Shown piece by piece: positions 1 to 14,677 of a DNA stretch of 64,000 bases (its first letter is position 1; every line of letters begins with the position of its first letter). The DNA is from Balanoglossus misakiensis. Lineage: Eukaryota > Animalia > Hemichordata. The translations under genes and the position numbers were made by a program. The stretch spans positions 3,207,857-3,271,856 of the forward strand of contig CM082591.2 in the NCBI GenBank assembly GCA_040954595.2, given 5' to 3'. Below the pieces are notes generated by a model that saw only the letters and a list, made by a program, of their open reading frames with translations, was not told the origin of the DNA and searched no databases.

Positions 1-199
1 CTGTACGTGTACTGTTCCAAGCCTAGTATTGCTAATTGCTAATATCTCCTTACATGTTGCCCATTCAGAGAAGGTATTTGCTAACGCGAAATTGCTGTTT
101 AATTTAAAGTACAATTCGTAGCAGAGGGGCAGATCATAACAGTTGAGCAAAGCTGAGGTCAACAAAAGAATCAGTACACAACAAACGTTGAGGGCGCAC

Positions 200-1603
200 C
201 TGCGCAATCGCCGTTAACATCTCTGCCGTAGTTGGGCTCGCAGTAACATCCCCATTCGCCATCACGTGGCTCACAAACTTCATAGTCACCGATGCAGGTC
301 ACTCCAGTGCAAACAAGGTCATCAAAGCCCACGCATGAGCAGTTCTGTGTGCAGTCCTGCGTTATCCACTGGTCGTTCAACTAGAAAACAAATTGATCCA
401 TCGACTAAGAAATCTATAACTCATCCAATGTATCAGACAGTATTGGTACAGATGCCCTGTGGACGATAACCAGTCGGTCATATTTCTCACATAAAGCATA
501 TGGTTGAGCATGTTGGAATATGTCATAGAAATGGATGGGAATCATGAATGAGACAACATTGTTCTTATTAATAGCCCCATTGCCAAGGACAGGTTACCAT
601 TATCTGGACTTTGGCGGACAAGTCAGCAGATTATATTGAAGTAAAGACAACAATTCTATGATGCATTAACAAAAAAAAAACATTTCATGTCTTTGATACA
701 TGAACTGACCAGTAAGGTAATGAATTTCTCTGGAAAATCCTCTGTCTCGGATATACTCGAGATTTCTACTTACGGGGTGAAATTCCCCATCTTGGGTGAG
801 GCAACCACAGTCCGCCTCCGGCACGCACTGGGTGTCGCTCCAAACGTAGTCACTGTCGCATTCACACCCTTCGACGCATGCTTGCTCCTCACAGCCGCCC
901 CGGTAGATACACGTGGCCGGACATGCAGACATACATGGCGAAAAGTGAGAGTTTGCTGGACAGGGTAGTGCTGATTTAGGTAATGAACGAAAATGACAAA
1001 TTCGTTAGGTTTGAAATTATTTGCTATATTGGAACGTATTCTTACGTATTTCCGTATTGATTTCGTATTGAACCGACACGCTATAGAATTTACTGCAATG
1101 AATGAAAAAAAAAAAACAGTAGCCAAAGTGTAATGATCAGTAATTATAAAATATGACACAGTTAATAAACTTTCAGTGTTTTTTCCAACTTTGTACATGT
1201 ACTTTGGAAGTTTGAACGAGTCACTTTGAAATTTGAAATGCAGTACTCACGACAGAATTCAGTTGATCTGAAAGTACTGAGCGAGACGCCATTCTGGATA
1301 CAGGCATCGTAATAGGCAGCCAGTTCGTCACAGAGAAGTTCCGGTCCAACGAAGCAGAGGTCATAGACACATGCTTCAAAATACGCTAACGGGTTGACCA
1401 CGGCATGGCAGGGCGCGAAAACTCCGCTCGTGTTTGTTATTCTGTCGCAGAATCCGTTTGTTGAATATTGATCGTTTAGGTTCTGGGGGCAGTCTGGCTG
1501 TTCGACTGCGTCGGGACATTCTTCGGCGATGCTGTCAATAAATGTAAATCATATGATAAAAAGAAATACATACATACATATACATGAACACACACGCTCA
1601 CAT

Positions 1604-1635
<32 letters not shown>

Positions 1636-4401
1636 CATACATACATACATACATACATACATACATACATACATACATACATACATACATACATACATAC
1701 AATTTTTCGTGACTCAAGGCTTACCTTTCGTCTGTTTTCCAACTGTTTCCGAATTCCAGGTTACTCGACGCGAGAGTGCCGTCGCGGGTTGTGAGGTCGT
1801 CTGTTTGATCTCCGTCGCAGTCGCCGCACATCCCGGCCACGTCCGCCCCGATGTTGTCGTGAACGCCATACAGGGAAGAGCTCGTCCTATCGCCCTCTAT
1901 GGCAGAGAAGGCCACCCAGAAAAGTTCCGGATAGACCAGAAGGACGAACTTGCCGGATATGATTATTGTCATCGGCGACAGAGCTGTATAGGGCAAGTTG
2001 ACAAACGCGCCGTCGACCTGAAATGAGATTAATAATATCCATGAAAGCAACATCACCAACCAAGCTTCAACAAACTAAGTGGCCCTGCTTCAAACCCGAG
2101 ACGACCCCTCAACTCTACAAGCAGAAAATCGTCCACCTTCAGGTAATTAACTTTTGTTCTTATGGCACTCATCTTTAGAATATCCTTCCTTGTAATCAAG
2201 TCAAATGTAAGGGACAGTACACGAAAGTTTTCTTCTTAAACCATCTGCGCAGAAGTGCATTTTAATATCATTAGATCTTTGTCACCCCAGCAGATAATAT
2301 TACATGTACCTTAGACACTACACACAAAACACACACGTACCGTTGCCTTTTTGTCTGGCAGCAGTTCGATCACGTGACCGTCAACACGGATTGTTACAAA
2401 GTCGACTAAGGTGACCGGGACGCCTGGATAAGGTGGGCGATTGCTGGCCTCGATGACGAATGGGTTGACGTCAGCGTCGTGGTAGACCATGTAATAACTG
2501 CAGTTGCCTTGGAAATCATAGTGGGTCTGGTCAAACATGGTGAAGTGTGGGTCTCCCCAAGCTGCGCACACGCAGTCTGTAACCAAAATCATTTTATCAC
2601 TGTAAGTTGACATATTTCTGACAAGTTTATCGCAAGTGGTTGGTATGGTTCGCTAAGTTGGTTTGTCTTTTCTTGTCGCAAACCTATTCTGCCTTCATAT
2701 TATATGTCACAAAACATTTGCCAGACTGAACATGGTGTAGCTAAGAGGGGTGACTTACCTCCGAATCCGGAGGTTCCAGGTGGTGGGTCTGTTCGGCTGA
2801 CCAGATCCTCTGAAAAGGAACACAGCAAAGTTTAAACCTGCGAGGACTGTGCGCCATACACAACTGTGTTGGAAGGGATTAAATGTTTCAGGTCGTCTCG
2901 TAGTCCAGAATATTAGTATGACTAGAATGGGGTTCATACAGGGACCATTAAGATGTTTCTTAAACGTCTCAGGTCAAACTCTGGTATACATTGTTATGTG
3001 TGAACGGTTGGTGGCCCTGAAACTCCAGGGTCTATGTGTGAACCTGGTATTAGATCACGGTAATTGTTAAAGATATGGATTTCAGACAAAACGGAACTGC
3101 ATCTTGCACTTTATGTTAAATTAATTTGCATGTTGCCGAAAAAATTACATCACAACTCACCTCCCTTGCAGATAAAACGGTGGGCGTCGTCGCAAAGTGC
3201 GTTGTCACTAAGTTTATATCCAACTTTATATCGCAGAAATGCACAGTTCTGATTGGATTCTTGCTGTGGCCGTCCGGTCGACCACAGCCAACCATCCGGC
3301 GATGGCCACGCCTCGCCGCTGTCCCACTCCCAAGCTGACGTCTCCGTCGGCCTGCTGGCGCCAACCCAATAGTTTCTGTCGGAACCTGGAAAGTCATTCA
3401 GTAGGGTGTTCCGAATGACGGTGAACTCGTCCTCGGTGAGGATGCTGGCCAGTTTGAAATCGCCATCCAGATCCCTGCAGGCTTGGGCGGCATCGTCGAA
3501 TGTGTTGAAAGACTCGACGATGATATAACACTTGTTGTCGTATACGAAATCACAGTTTACAGCGCCTGGAATATGAAAGTAACAGAAAGCAATCTATTAC
3601 GTTTTGCAATGGTGTCGTCTACACTGCGCTTTCTTAAAGGGGAGGGTCGTCTAAACTGCGCATGTGCGACTTTCGCATTGGCATTTTCCCACTGTTTAGG
3701 AAAACTTGCTGGCAGCATTGTCGTATGGAACCCATAAGCACGGTCTTACTCTCCTTTTAAGTACGTAGTGGTTTGTCTGTTTTTTACTTGGGTGAACTGG
3801 TTGTGCCTTGTCCCTATACAAGGATTGGCACATTGCTGCTCTGGTAACCAATTCGTATGCAGACTTAGGTTTATAACGTCTCACGTGGACAATGTATGAC
3901 GTCACATTCATTGGTCTTTTACGTGTACTTACGTCGTCGTCTGGAGTGGATCTCGCCCGGTTCTTCTGCCTCACCATACACAACATTTCGTATGTAGTTG
4001 CGGATTCCTGCAACAACCTGTTAACAAGGACGTGCACTCGATTACATGTTGGACCTGGTTGTCTGGACACCGTCCTCCATAGGGTTGCATTGACGGTTCA
4101 TAACTCGTTTAATTTGCTGCCCACTGTCGCCAAAAACTATTCAGTTCTTGCCATTTGCAAATAGACATAGGTGAATAAAATCGACTGTGCATTGAACTCC
4201 CAGGCAAATTAATCTATAAACGTCCAGGCCAAAAATAAAGTACACAATTTCTTCAGATTCGGTGTATGAAGTTACTATTAAAAAGAAGCGGTACATACAT
4301 ACCTCATGTGATCGTTTGGCAAACGACCAACCGTCCGCGCTGACGAACGGTATCGCCAACAAAATGACAAGAACAAAGACATAAGTCTTTGCCCCTGACA
4401 T
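200..4401 (-). CDS. Gene G (3' end outside window): secreted signal peptide-propeptide-C-type lectin-VWD-C8-TIL-TILa protein (zonadhesin/FCGBP/tectorin-like modules)
   Basis: Phase-consistent exons: 4303-4401 ([24 protein letters not shown], signal peptide); 3933-4017 (...EIHSRRR); 3161-3565 ([14 protein letters not shown]...YWVGASR...NCAFL...FICKG, missed by the ORF track); 2759-2809 (linker); 2341-2576 and 1725-2017 ([12 protein letters not shown]...[15 protein letters not shown]...FGNSWK); 1251-1531 (C8, [10 protein letters not shown]); 774-970 (TIL); 200-380 (TILa). No stop codon in the window. Confidence 0.88.
1567..1700. repeat. (TACA)n microsatellite
   Basis: Tandem tetranucleotide run in a gene G intron. 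Confidence 0.95.
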
Positions 4402-6011
4402 GTTCAACATCTGAAAGCGAAATCAAAAATGCTGTAAATGAACAGATCTTCGCGGCAAACAGAGAACCATTAGTGATGAAATTCAGATTAGAATATATCA
4501 CAAAAATGAACACTCACTACCTTAAAAAGTTGATATTGTAGTGTTCGTTTTTGCCGATTCGTCTTTTTACGCTTATTTGGTATTCAAATTTTTTCAATGG
4601 ATATTCGTCCGCGGTGCTTCGGTTCTGTTGACAGATGTTCAATGAAAATTAATGTGGCTTTATCATATTGCTTTGTTTATGCAGATGGTTTTGTTTTGAA
4701 AGCTCATTACATTAGCTTAATGAATACCAGTGTGGTGCACGCATCCTTTGCATGCGATGTGGCCGCAGTGACGTGCGCGAAAACGTCACGTGATTTCTGC
4801 ATCCCTGCTATATTAGCATGTTTCAGACGTCGAAATTTTCGACAAATGTAATTCTGTAGAAAATATCTTTAGTAGGTCTATTGGTTTTGTCGTTCAAACA
4901 CCTATTGGGCGATCTCTCTTGCAAACCCATCAGATCAGAAACCAGCCATGGTCACTTTGTACACATTTGCCGATGATGGCCTTCGCTGTGTTTCAGACTT
5001 CCAGAAGTTGGTGTGGGCAGAAGACTCCGTCATTTAATGCATTCTAGGTTCGACTGAACTTTTCCCCCCACGTTCGTAGAAAATCGTCACACTACAAACA
5101 TAAGTGAATGCCACAGCAGACTTGAATTCTTCAAAGGAATAGGCGAATATAAAGGAAAGGGTCATTATCGTTGTTGTTTACGTCGTCGCTACTGTCAGCA
5201 TGTATTTTATTCAACATTTCTAGATCGGTGAGTGTTGTTCACCAATGAACACCAATGAGGGTTGTTGGTCATATTGATTAGATCATAATGTAAAGTGGTG
5301 TATCCATCTTTCATATTGAGAGAGAGAGAGGGGGGGAGAGGGGAAGAGAGAGATACAGACAGAGACAGATTCAGTCATCTTTGTAATCAATTTCCACCCA
5401 GCATGCAATGCAAGGCATGCATATTCATGAGCTGATTAGTATGTTCGGAAATGTTTAGCATAGGAGTCTGTCCCCCGTGATTTGACCCCCTAGCCTACAG
5501 TGAAAAGTCGACGCATTAGAAAAGAACACACAGTACACAGAGCGATCGATGCACCGAAAGATATTTTAATTCAAAATTCGGTTTAAGAAAAAAAATGGTC
5601 AAAGAAAGTCTTGCCAAGTACGAACGAACAACATGCAGTTCTAGTATGTTTTTTCTTCTTCTGAAATACTGGTCTTCATCGCTTGAAAGACAATAAACGC
5701 CCTCACCGTTTGTAATCGTGAAACTAAAACTACACATCATTTCAGTTGAAATTTGTCGTTCTCACCCTACATTAAAACACAACCAAGATACATGATACAT
5801 ATATTCTGAAAAAAATGATGTGATATTTGTATTACATATATACTATTTTTAATGAAGAAAATCTTATTGTCCGTTCGAGAGTTGTTTCCTTGTCCGAAAA
5901 GTTGATTTCTACCGCAGCCCTGAGGTTAAGATTCATGCGGCAGTCGATAGTCTTCAGTGTGGATATGTGATTCAGCAACCGTGTCCCAATCGTATAACTA
6001 ATTTGAAGATC

Positions 6012-9000
6012 CTATAGTATACTGTGAAAGAAACAAATGTAGAGTATTTAGATACAGGGATACCATTACCCGTTAAATGGAGATTTTAAAAGGGAGTGCG
6101 CCACCACGTGGTCTGGTGACAATCGTCAGAAAGGGAAACGTTACCGGAGCTAGGGCTATGTCGATGACTAAGTCTGCTTAAAGGGCGACGATCGTCAAAT
6201 CAGATGTGCCAAATCAGAGACTCTGGTTAAAATCAGATGTAGAGATACATCTTACGTGCTTGTTAGCTTATCGGTCTGTCTGTTAGTCAGTCTACCTGCC
6301 TTTCTGTCGAGTTGTTTCTTTTGTCATAACACCAACTGCCAGAGTTGAAGTCCCCTCTCATTTGTTTAAATTCGCTGTAACAATTTCTTGTAGTTGACAC
6401 TACACTTGCAACTTTTCAATTCTTCAGCTTACCCTTGGCAAATGTATCCTTTCTTATCGGTGCAATCCTCTGATGTCCACAGGGCACTTAATGGTGACCT
6501 ATATCATTTATTGTAGTGTATGGACGAGACAGGAACACAAAAGAATGTTGTTAAAAGTATACATACATTGATACAACATCGGCGCATTGAAAGGATTTGA
6601 AATATGTGTATGTTTTGCATTGTTGGTCATCCTGGATATTTTCAACATAGTGATATTTAACTATTCATGTGTGGAAATGGACGTCTTTGTTATGGACCTC
6701 TGAACCACGAAATTAGGCTTGCATTGTCACGGCTTTATAGGGCAGGTATGTGTACTTCCGCAATTACCCCTCCAAAACCCCTCCAATTCTATCCCACAAC
6801 GCACCTTGTTTCCAAGATGGCGGTTAAGACAAACCTGCCCTATAAGATATGTGCGCAGTTCTCACCTTAACTGTGCACATTCTTGCCCAGCGTCATCCTT
6901 CTCTGATGGGTCGAGCCAGTTCTCGTAGCAATTGCACGCACAAAGCGGCGATTCATCGACGTACACCCAGTCACTGCCGCCGAGTTTTGACGCCCCAAAC
7001 CAGAACGCGCTGTCTGTCAGCCCTTTGTCTTGGATCACTTGGATGAGGCCGTCATTAACTGCGGCCGAGGGCACTTTGGACAACTCCTTGCCGTCCGCTG
7101 CACATGCTGTCTTGGCGCCAGCGTACGTCTCTGTTCCAGTGTGTACCGAATACCTCTTGCATATTTTAAGTACGCCCGGAACTGAAAGTGAATTCAGATG
7201 TGGTGTGGTAACCAGTCTTGTTGTGAGTGGTAACAGGAAACCGAATGACACTTACTATATACTTACCTATCGTGACTTGGAATGAGCATGTTGCCTGGTT
7301 TCCAGCTTCGTCTATAGCTGTGTATGTCACCTGTATGTCACCGATAAAGAAGGTATCACCCGGTTGATGGGTGCTTGCCAGTATTGGTGGTACCCCCGAG
7401 TCGTCTGTTGCCGTTGGTGCGGTCCACTGCACGCTCTCCCCGGCCGGGAGTTGATCGGACAGCGTGATGTCTGCTGGGCAGCCTGTGATGACTGGTGGCG
7501 TTGTGTCCAGCACTGAAAGGACAGGTAGTGAAAAGACAAAGTTGATGGCAAAGATAACAGACTTGGGACATGAATTCAGTTTCCAAACTGTTTAGATGTC
7601 CACATATGGTGCTGTAAACATTTGTGAAGACAATTGCAGATGTGGCACACGTGAATGATGACAAGACCACAGGAAAACTGGTGTGACAAGCTGAAAATTA
7701 TTCACTACAATATTCTCAGGGAAACGAACGAGACACTATAACAGATATGTGAAAGACAACACTGAAAACGTTACTTTTCCTGTCAGATATGCAAACACTC
7801 TTCTGCAGTGTATCATCTTCTGCGTATTGGCAGGAATCGCTACAAGTCACATACCTACAGTAACTGTGAATGAACACGTTGCTACGTTGCCAGCATCGTC
7901 GGAGGCCGTGTAAACAACAACCGTGGCGCCGGCGAAGAATGTCGCCCCAGGTTGGTGCGTAGTCGTCAAATACACACTTCCCGAGTTGTCAGTGGCTTCC
8001 GGCGCCGTCCATGAGATCGCCTCACCATCATTCCCACTGTCAATCACCGAAATGTCCGCCGGACAGTTCGTGATAACTGGTGGGTCGGTGTCATCAGCTG
8101 AGAAAAATGTGCGAACATTAACTTAGTCTCTGATGTAAAGTTGCATGTGGCAGTATGATTCTGTGATTTTCAATAACCATGTAAGTGATTGGGTGGCCTA
8201 TATGCCTACTGTAAATTACCTTTGTGGCCAAGATGGTGTCCATTGAGATTGTGTCTCACGCATGTGTATTTAACGCCACCATAATGTGGAGGTATCTAAA
8301 CTGACTGACTGATGGAAATGTATACACATGTATAAAACATTTACTTACGAAGGCAAGTGACTGTCACACTGAACGAACATGATGCTGCACCGCCACTTTG
8401 ATCTTCGGCAGTACACACCACCTGTGTTGTGCCGCATGGGAACAAGGACCCGGATGCTGGCTGGCAAGTGACGTCATGAGTGCAATCGTCACTGCCCAGC
8501 GGTGTGGTGAAAGTGATGATTTCACCGTTGCCGGACGATGCCGTGGCGTCTATGTCTTGTGGACAGGATCCGATTGTTGGAGGATTGGTGTCTGTATAAT
8601 GTAGAATGCGCCCATGCATAATATCAAAGTCTGAAACTTTCCTCGTATTTTGCTCAAGGCAATTTTAGACTATTCTCTCTTCAAAAATCGGCCATTATTG
8701 TTGTTGACAAGTGAATTCTAGTCCGGACTTCAAAGTTGGCACAATAACAATTCTGACTGTATACTTATAGGTTGTGTTGAACTTCATAAGCTGTATACTG
8801 GGCATTTTATCATGCTTCAGGGATTTGAACAAGAAACTAATTAGATACAGATGGAGCTTTAATGTTAGACTCTGCTTACCTGGCGCCACGGTTATTTCGA
8901 AAGAACACATGGCTGTGCCAAATCTGTTAGAGACGGTACACGTGACAGTCGTCGATTCAGTGAAAATACCCGGACTTTCACTGCACGTTGGACCAGCGGT

Positions 9001-11667
9001 GATCGGTGTACACTCTGACGTCACAAATGGGTCATTCCATGTGACGTCGGCTCCAGAGCCACAATCAAGGGCAAGGATATGTGGTGGACATGTTATAGTC
9101 GGGTCGCCAGCCGAAACTGAAAAAAGAGAGAGTCGAGTGAAGTAATTTCATGCATGTACGCAGTAAATGTTATTTTGTTTTTCCAATTCTCCCTACCTTA
9201 AATAGGGTTTTGCTACCTAGGTGAGTGTTAAAATCTCATATCAAACCCACAGCCAAATCCACTTACACGGATGTTCAAGACTTAGTCCATCTATCCTGTA
9301 CACGTACCGACCAGGAAGCTCGACGTTAGAATATTCTTCTATCTCAAGAAGGTCAACAGTTCCCGATAGGGGGTGTTCGTACGAGTCGCCAAATCCATCG
9401 GTGAATCCGGCCTATCAGACATAAACACGTGAAGTTACACCATCGTACCCATAAATTAACATTTGTTAACAATGTACCACCACTTCCCAAAATATTAGGG
9501 ACTGGTCAGTTTCTTTGCCTTGTGGCTTTTATGCATCCTTTTCTCTTGGATAAACAATTTCACCACAATGGATTATTCCACTGTTATCTGTGGTAAATTT
9601 GGACCTCTATACATGGAAATGGGGGTGAGAGGGTACTTGGTGTTCGTGAGTCAACGTACCCTAGCGGGTATGCCTCCCCGCCCTGTTTCGATTCCTCCGC
9701 CACTTTCACGACCAGAGTACCAGTTGACCTCGTGGTAGTTGATAATGGCATACGTTTCCCCACCAGACCTGGTTGCTAGGATAATTTGGTAGGTGTTCCT
9801 CTGTGGGAAAACAGATCGCAGAAAAGCGATGAAAGACATACCAATACACGCACACTCAAGAAATGCACGATTACTACAATAAAAAATATGAGAACGCATG
9901 CCGTTTTCGACAATGGGCATTTGGATTGGACGTAATGTTTGTACACACAAAGTTATGCACGTGCGGATAAGGCGATCGTCGGTCTTTAAAGGTACAAGGC
10001 AAAATTACCCTTCATCATCGCTGTAGATATTGGTAACAGAGGGCGTACTCACCAGATACAAACCTTTCCGCACGGCGCCGAAGAAGCGATTTCTCCAGTG
10101 CGTAATTACCGTTGCAGACGTTGCAACAAAAGAACTACTTCGACAAGGGAACGCACCGTTGATGATGTTATCGATTTGCGCCATTACTGCTGGTTCGGAC
10201 GACGGCGTGAGGGCGCGGAAGAAGATCTCGCCGCTCCCAGTGAAAAGGCTGTGGTCGGCCTGGAAGATGCTAATCATTGGCTGCGTATAAGTGTTCAGGG
10301 GCATCAAGTTTTCACTTCCAAATCCTAGGTTGCTAACGAACGGGTTCGCTGGGTCAAAGCTCAACACGCCATCTTCATTGACCTATGGAGGACATAGAAC
10401 TCGTTCTTACAACGACTCTTGAAATTGTAGTCTCGTTTGCCAGACCAGGGACCGTGTTACATGCATAACTCCTCGCAAAATTGTCGAGTGTGTGTGCCAA
10501 CCCCAAGATTCCCCTTTTCAAGGGATATCTCACAGACCAACTATATGTAGTTCTCGGCTAGTTCTCGATTCATTTTTTTGTACTTACCACTATCTGGTTA
10601 TAAGATACTCCATAATATGTAAAACTATTTGTGGCCACCGTAACCGACTTGTCAGATAATATTGGAAGGATTGCGTCTGTTGTGTCGAACCCAAAGGAAC
10701 TCAGTATATTGTCTAAAATGAAAGTAAACCATTATAAAAGGGTCCGTTTGTTTAAAGTTAATACGGCGTTGAAAGGGTTGGCCCACCTATCATGGTGTCA
10801 ACTCACCTCGCTCGGTGACAATTGCGTGATATCCGTCCTTATTTATAAAGTCATCCGATGTGAAATCGACGCTGATACTGTTGCTAAAGGATGTAAACCG
10901 CAAATATATTTCCGGATTGTCCAATTGCACACACATGTCTGACTGCACTGTTGTCAATAAGCTAGGGAAAACATCGTCTTGTACCTACCAATACAAAGAT
11001 GCGATGAGGCATTAGTTATGGCATGAACATTTCTTAGAGTACGCGGCCAAAGAGTAAAGAGCGACTGATAATAACTTACTTGTGAAGCTATCTGTCGCTG
11101 GTGTCATTAAAAATAGCATGCGCCGCGAAAATCAAAGTCTTAAATCTTTTTCAACCTAACTCAGTGTAACACTGATAAATAGCAAGGAATCTTCATTGTC
11201 AAGCTACAACTGTTCAAACACTATAACGGTTAGTCAAAATATCCACCACAGGCAAAATTTCCTTACTACGGACTCATTTACGAAGTTGACCAATTGGTGT
11301 ATCTACCTGTAACGTATCATAACACTGCAGTGGCGCTGTTAGCGGTTCATTGTCTCCAATGTCATAGAAGTCAAAGATCAACACGACCACTTTTCCTGGA
11401 TCCACTTCTATATTGTGACCGCAAACGCTGTTGAAGCCGTAATGGCCAGGGTAGTTAGGTGATTCGATTTCCGCTGGTAATTGACTGCTATTCGTGATGT
11501 CACCACTGCCATCCGATGCGCAAATGAACGGTAGCTCTTTCAAGTGAATAAATAAAAGAAGGAATGTTAACTTGTGTAAGGTTGTGTGACTTTTTCTGCG
11601 TGCAGTCAGCACCGCGTGTGTGCACACATGTTATAAATTACAGTACTTATTGTGTAACACAGCCTAC

Positions 11668-11721
<54 letters not shown>

Positions 11722-13265
11722 TGTTCTCACGAAATTACGCACATGCACATAAGACGATCGTCGGATTTAAAGAGTTCACATGCATGCAAGACATATAAAA
11801 TCACGAGAGTCACTTCTTCCAGGGAACTTACGTTCTGTTTGTCTTTTCCTCAAAACTGACGTGTCCTGTCGATAAACAAAAAAAAATAATAACGTAATTT
11901 CTGGTTGTCTCAATTCATTAAATCAAAAGTAATGTGACCTTCGCTGACGATTCCATGGGTGCTAGAAAGATGGTCATTTCTTTTTTTCCCGCCGCCTAAC
12001 TTTCAAATCGCCTTTTAACTTTTTTTTGCAGAACGGAGCGACAACCTTAGTTAATTTGCGTTAGAATCAATATAAATGGAATGAAATACAGGTGTCTCCT
12101 ACATCACAAGTTCTGGAGAGAAAAATCTCAGGTAGGTAAGAGTTTTTGTTTTGTTTTATTCTTTACTATCAATCACGTGATCTGGCCATGTGACCTACGG
12201 CGTTGTCATTTCCAGATTACGGGCAAGCAATATTTCAGCACCCAGTAAAGACATTTCCGAGAATGTTTTTACTTTAGAACCTCCTAACATATGACATGTA
12301 TTAGGCATAGTGCCTCATCAGCCTCATGGCGTTTGGTCTTACCACGTTGCTGAAGTTGCCCGTCATTTGGAAATGTGAATGCTAACGTCACTGTGCCTGA
12401 GCACGTCTGACGTCATTTGATGTCGAAGAATTTTGGGAGATGTTCGATTCATAGAATAGTGAAAGATTCAGCAAAGTTTCCCCTGTGCGCGCAAACAGAC
12501 TTGGCATATTTCTGGAATGAGCAGTTGAGGGCTCGAAAATGGACGATTTTCCGCCCACTGTGATGTGAGATCTTGAGTGACTTAGTTAACTATCACAGCA
12601 ACGGCTTCTAGCCAAATCATAAAATTCAAGCTTTGTGTGAAACTAGAACAGGTGCAGAGTTTGACAATAATTGTAACCGACTCAGTGCCATGGTTGGCCA
12701 TGTGTTGTTTGTCCGGTGTCACACGAGAAGGTTCTCCCGTGTAGACTGCCTAGATCTCGTAGGGTCTTGTGGACTTCGGAAAATGGTATATTCCGCGGAG
12801 AAGAGTGGAAACATACTATTGGCAGTAGGCCATGATAATTTGTCGATTGGATGGTTTTCGGCTCCTGTTTATCTGCTACCGTTTGTGTGCCTTGTTTCAT
12901 CTCACCCATCGAACAGCATTCGTGCTGTGTTCTGCTAACATCCCCAGTATTGTCAATTACAGTTTCCAACTAGAAAATGCCGGTTTTCAAGTTCCCACAC
13001 AGAGTTATCAAGATAAATCCATTCATTAGATTATCGCCAAAAGTTGTCAGTATTAGGTAACTTGATCCGTGTGTCGTTTTGGTCTAATTTTATGCGTAGT
13101 CACCTGTTCATTTGGAGAAATAAGTTGGATTTTTCGTTCTACATTCAGGAGCCAACATTTTGCATTTAGTTGCATACTGTTTCACAAGAGGTATCTTACC
13201 TTAGTCCAACCGCATGTAACGATAAAGCAGAGGACGACACCAAATAGTACAGACTTCATTTCCAT
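6012..13265 (-). CDS. Gene F: secreted CUB-NIDO-HYRx4-C-type lectin domain protein (~855-865 aa)
   Basis: Exons: 13200-13265 (MEMKSVLFGVVLCFIVTCGWTK); 11832-11865 (DTSVLRKRQTE); CUB ~11282/11307-11536 and 10807-~10942/10947 (IESPNYPGHY; junction ambiguous); NIDO 10588-10712, 10053-10382, 9660-9800 (RNTYQIIL), 9267-9411; HYR 8880-9116, 8349-8591, 7855-8097, 7267-7512 (DTTPPVITGCP...ATCSFQVTI); CTLD 6866-7181 and 6433-6498; last exon 6012-6021 (IL*). Confidence 0.87.
9186..9240. repeat. Short interspersed repeat, with a second copy at ~42161-42217
   Basis: aattctccctaccttaaatagg(g/t)ttttgctacctagg...aaaatctcata occurs at both positions, in non-equivalent introns of genes F and D. Confidence 0.7.
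11668..11720. repeat. (ATG)n microsatellite
   Basis: Tandem trinucleotide run in a gene F intron. Confidence 0.95.
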
Positions 13266-14221
13266 GGTGCCCATCACCATCTGGAAAAAAGTTGAACTTG
13301 AACTTAAGTGTGGTTTTCAAACTATCATATGCGGCGTCTTTTCGCCTTATGATATGCACTGTTTCAGCAGGCATTGGTGTATTATACCAAAAAAAATAGT
13401 ACGAGAGCAAGTGAAAATGCGTGAGTAAAATGGCGAGCAAATACTTGTCAAACTGGAAACACTTACCTATAGCTTGCGAAAACGGGGAAGATCGTCCCGA
13501 GTAGCTACGTCAGGAGACGGTTAAAGCGACGTTGTCTCTCTCCTCGAAGACAAGTCGCTGACTCTCTGTATGGCCCTTTAAATTCACCTCCAATTTTTAT
13601 ACTGTTTTAAAGTGTGTCGGCAAGCGGAAAGTTCCCTAAAGAGCTCAAGGCAATTGCTGTCTATTTTGAAGGAAATTAATTACCCCCCGTGCCCTTATTG
13701 GTGGGCAGAAAAAAACTGTTATACAATGAAACCCATCTCTCCGCTTTTTTCGCGGTTGAAGGGCGCTCAATGTGTAAATATCAGGGAAAGTCGTTCATTG
13801 TTAGCGCAGGGATATGACATGGAAACGTGACGCATCACTGCTTGGTGATGCATTGTGTTTAAACGCTTCTTAATGCCCGAATGGAGTTCCATTTCCTTTT
13901 TGTGTGATCTGTTAATAGTGTGAATAACGCCCGCTTATCCTACCTAAATACAGATTGGAACACTTTGTAACATAAAGGAAATAATTTACCGGCTTACTCA
14001 CGCGACTAAACACATAACGTTTTCAATCCTAATAGGTTATTAGTTAAACACATTACTTACTGTTGTACTTAAAACACCAGGGGAATGGAAACTTACTTCA
14101 AAAGTCTACTTGCCTCGGAGTCCGTAGAAATATGAGAAGGAGGCATAAGTCTTAAACTATTGTGGTATGATACACCTATATAATTCTAGGTGATGCAAAA
14201 TTGATGGTGTTTGGTCGTACG

Positions 14222-14637
14222 TACATACATACATACATACATACATACATACATACATGCATACATGCATACATGCATGCATGCATACATGCATACATGC
14301 ACACATACATACATACATACATACATACATACATACATACATACATACATACATACATACATACATACATACATACATACATACATACATACATACATAC
14401 ATACATACATACATACATACATACATACATACATACATACATACATACATACATACATACATACATACATACATACATACATACATACATACATACATAC
14501 ATACATACATACATACATGCATGCATGCATACATCCATACACACATGCATGCATACATACATACATACATGCATACATACATACATACATACATACATAC
14601 ATACATACATACATACATACATACATACATACATACA

Positions 14638-14671
<34 letters not shown>

Positions 14672-14677
14672 CATACA
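14222..14677. repeat. Long (TACA)n/(TGCA)n microsatellite (~450 bp)
   Basis: Tandem tetranucleotide run between genes E and F; source of several spurious repetitive ORFs. Confidence 0.97.

Noticed and set aside
11620-11859. Poly-Met ORF, and poly-SL ORF at 57255-57482
   Set aside because: Products of (ATG)n and (CT)n microsatellites.
13570-13585. TATA-like ATTTAAA upstream of gene F
   Set aside because: Equally explained as a CCCTTTAA transposon-end motif; not distinguishable from sequence alone.
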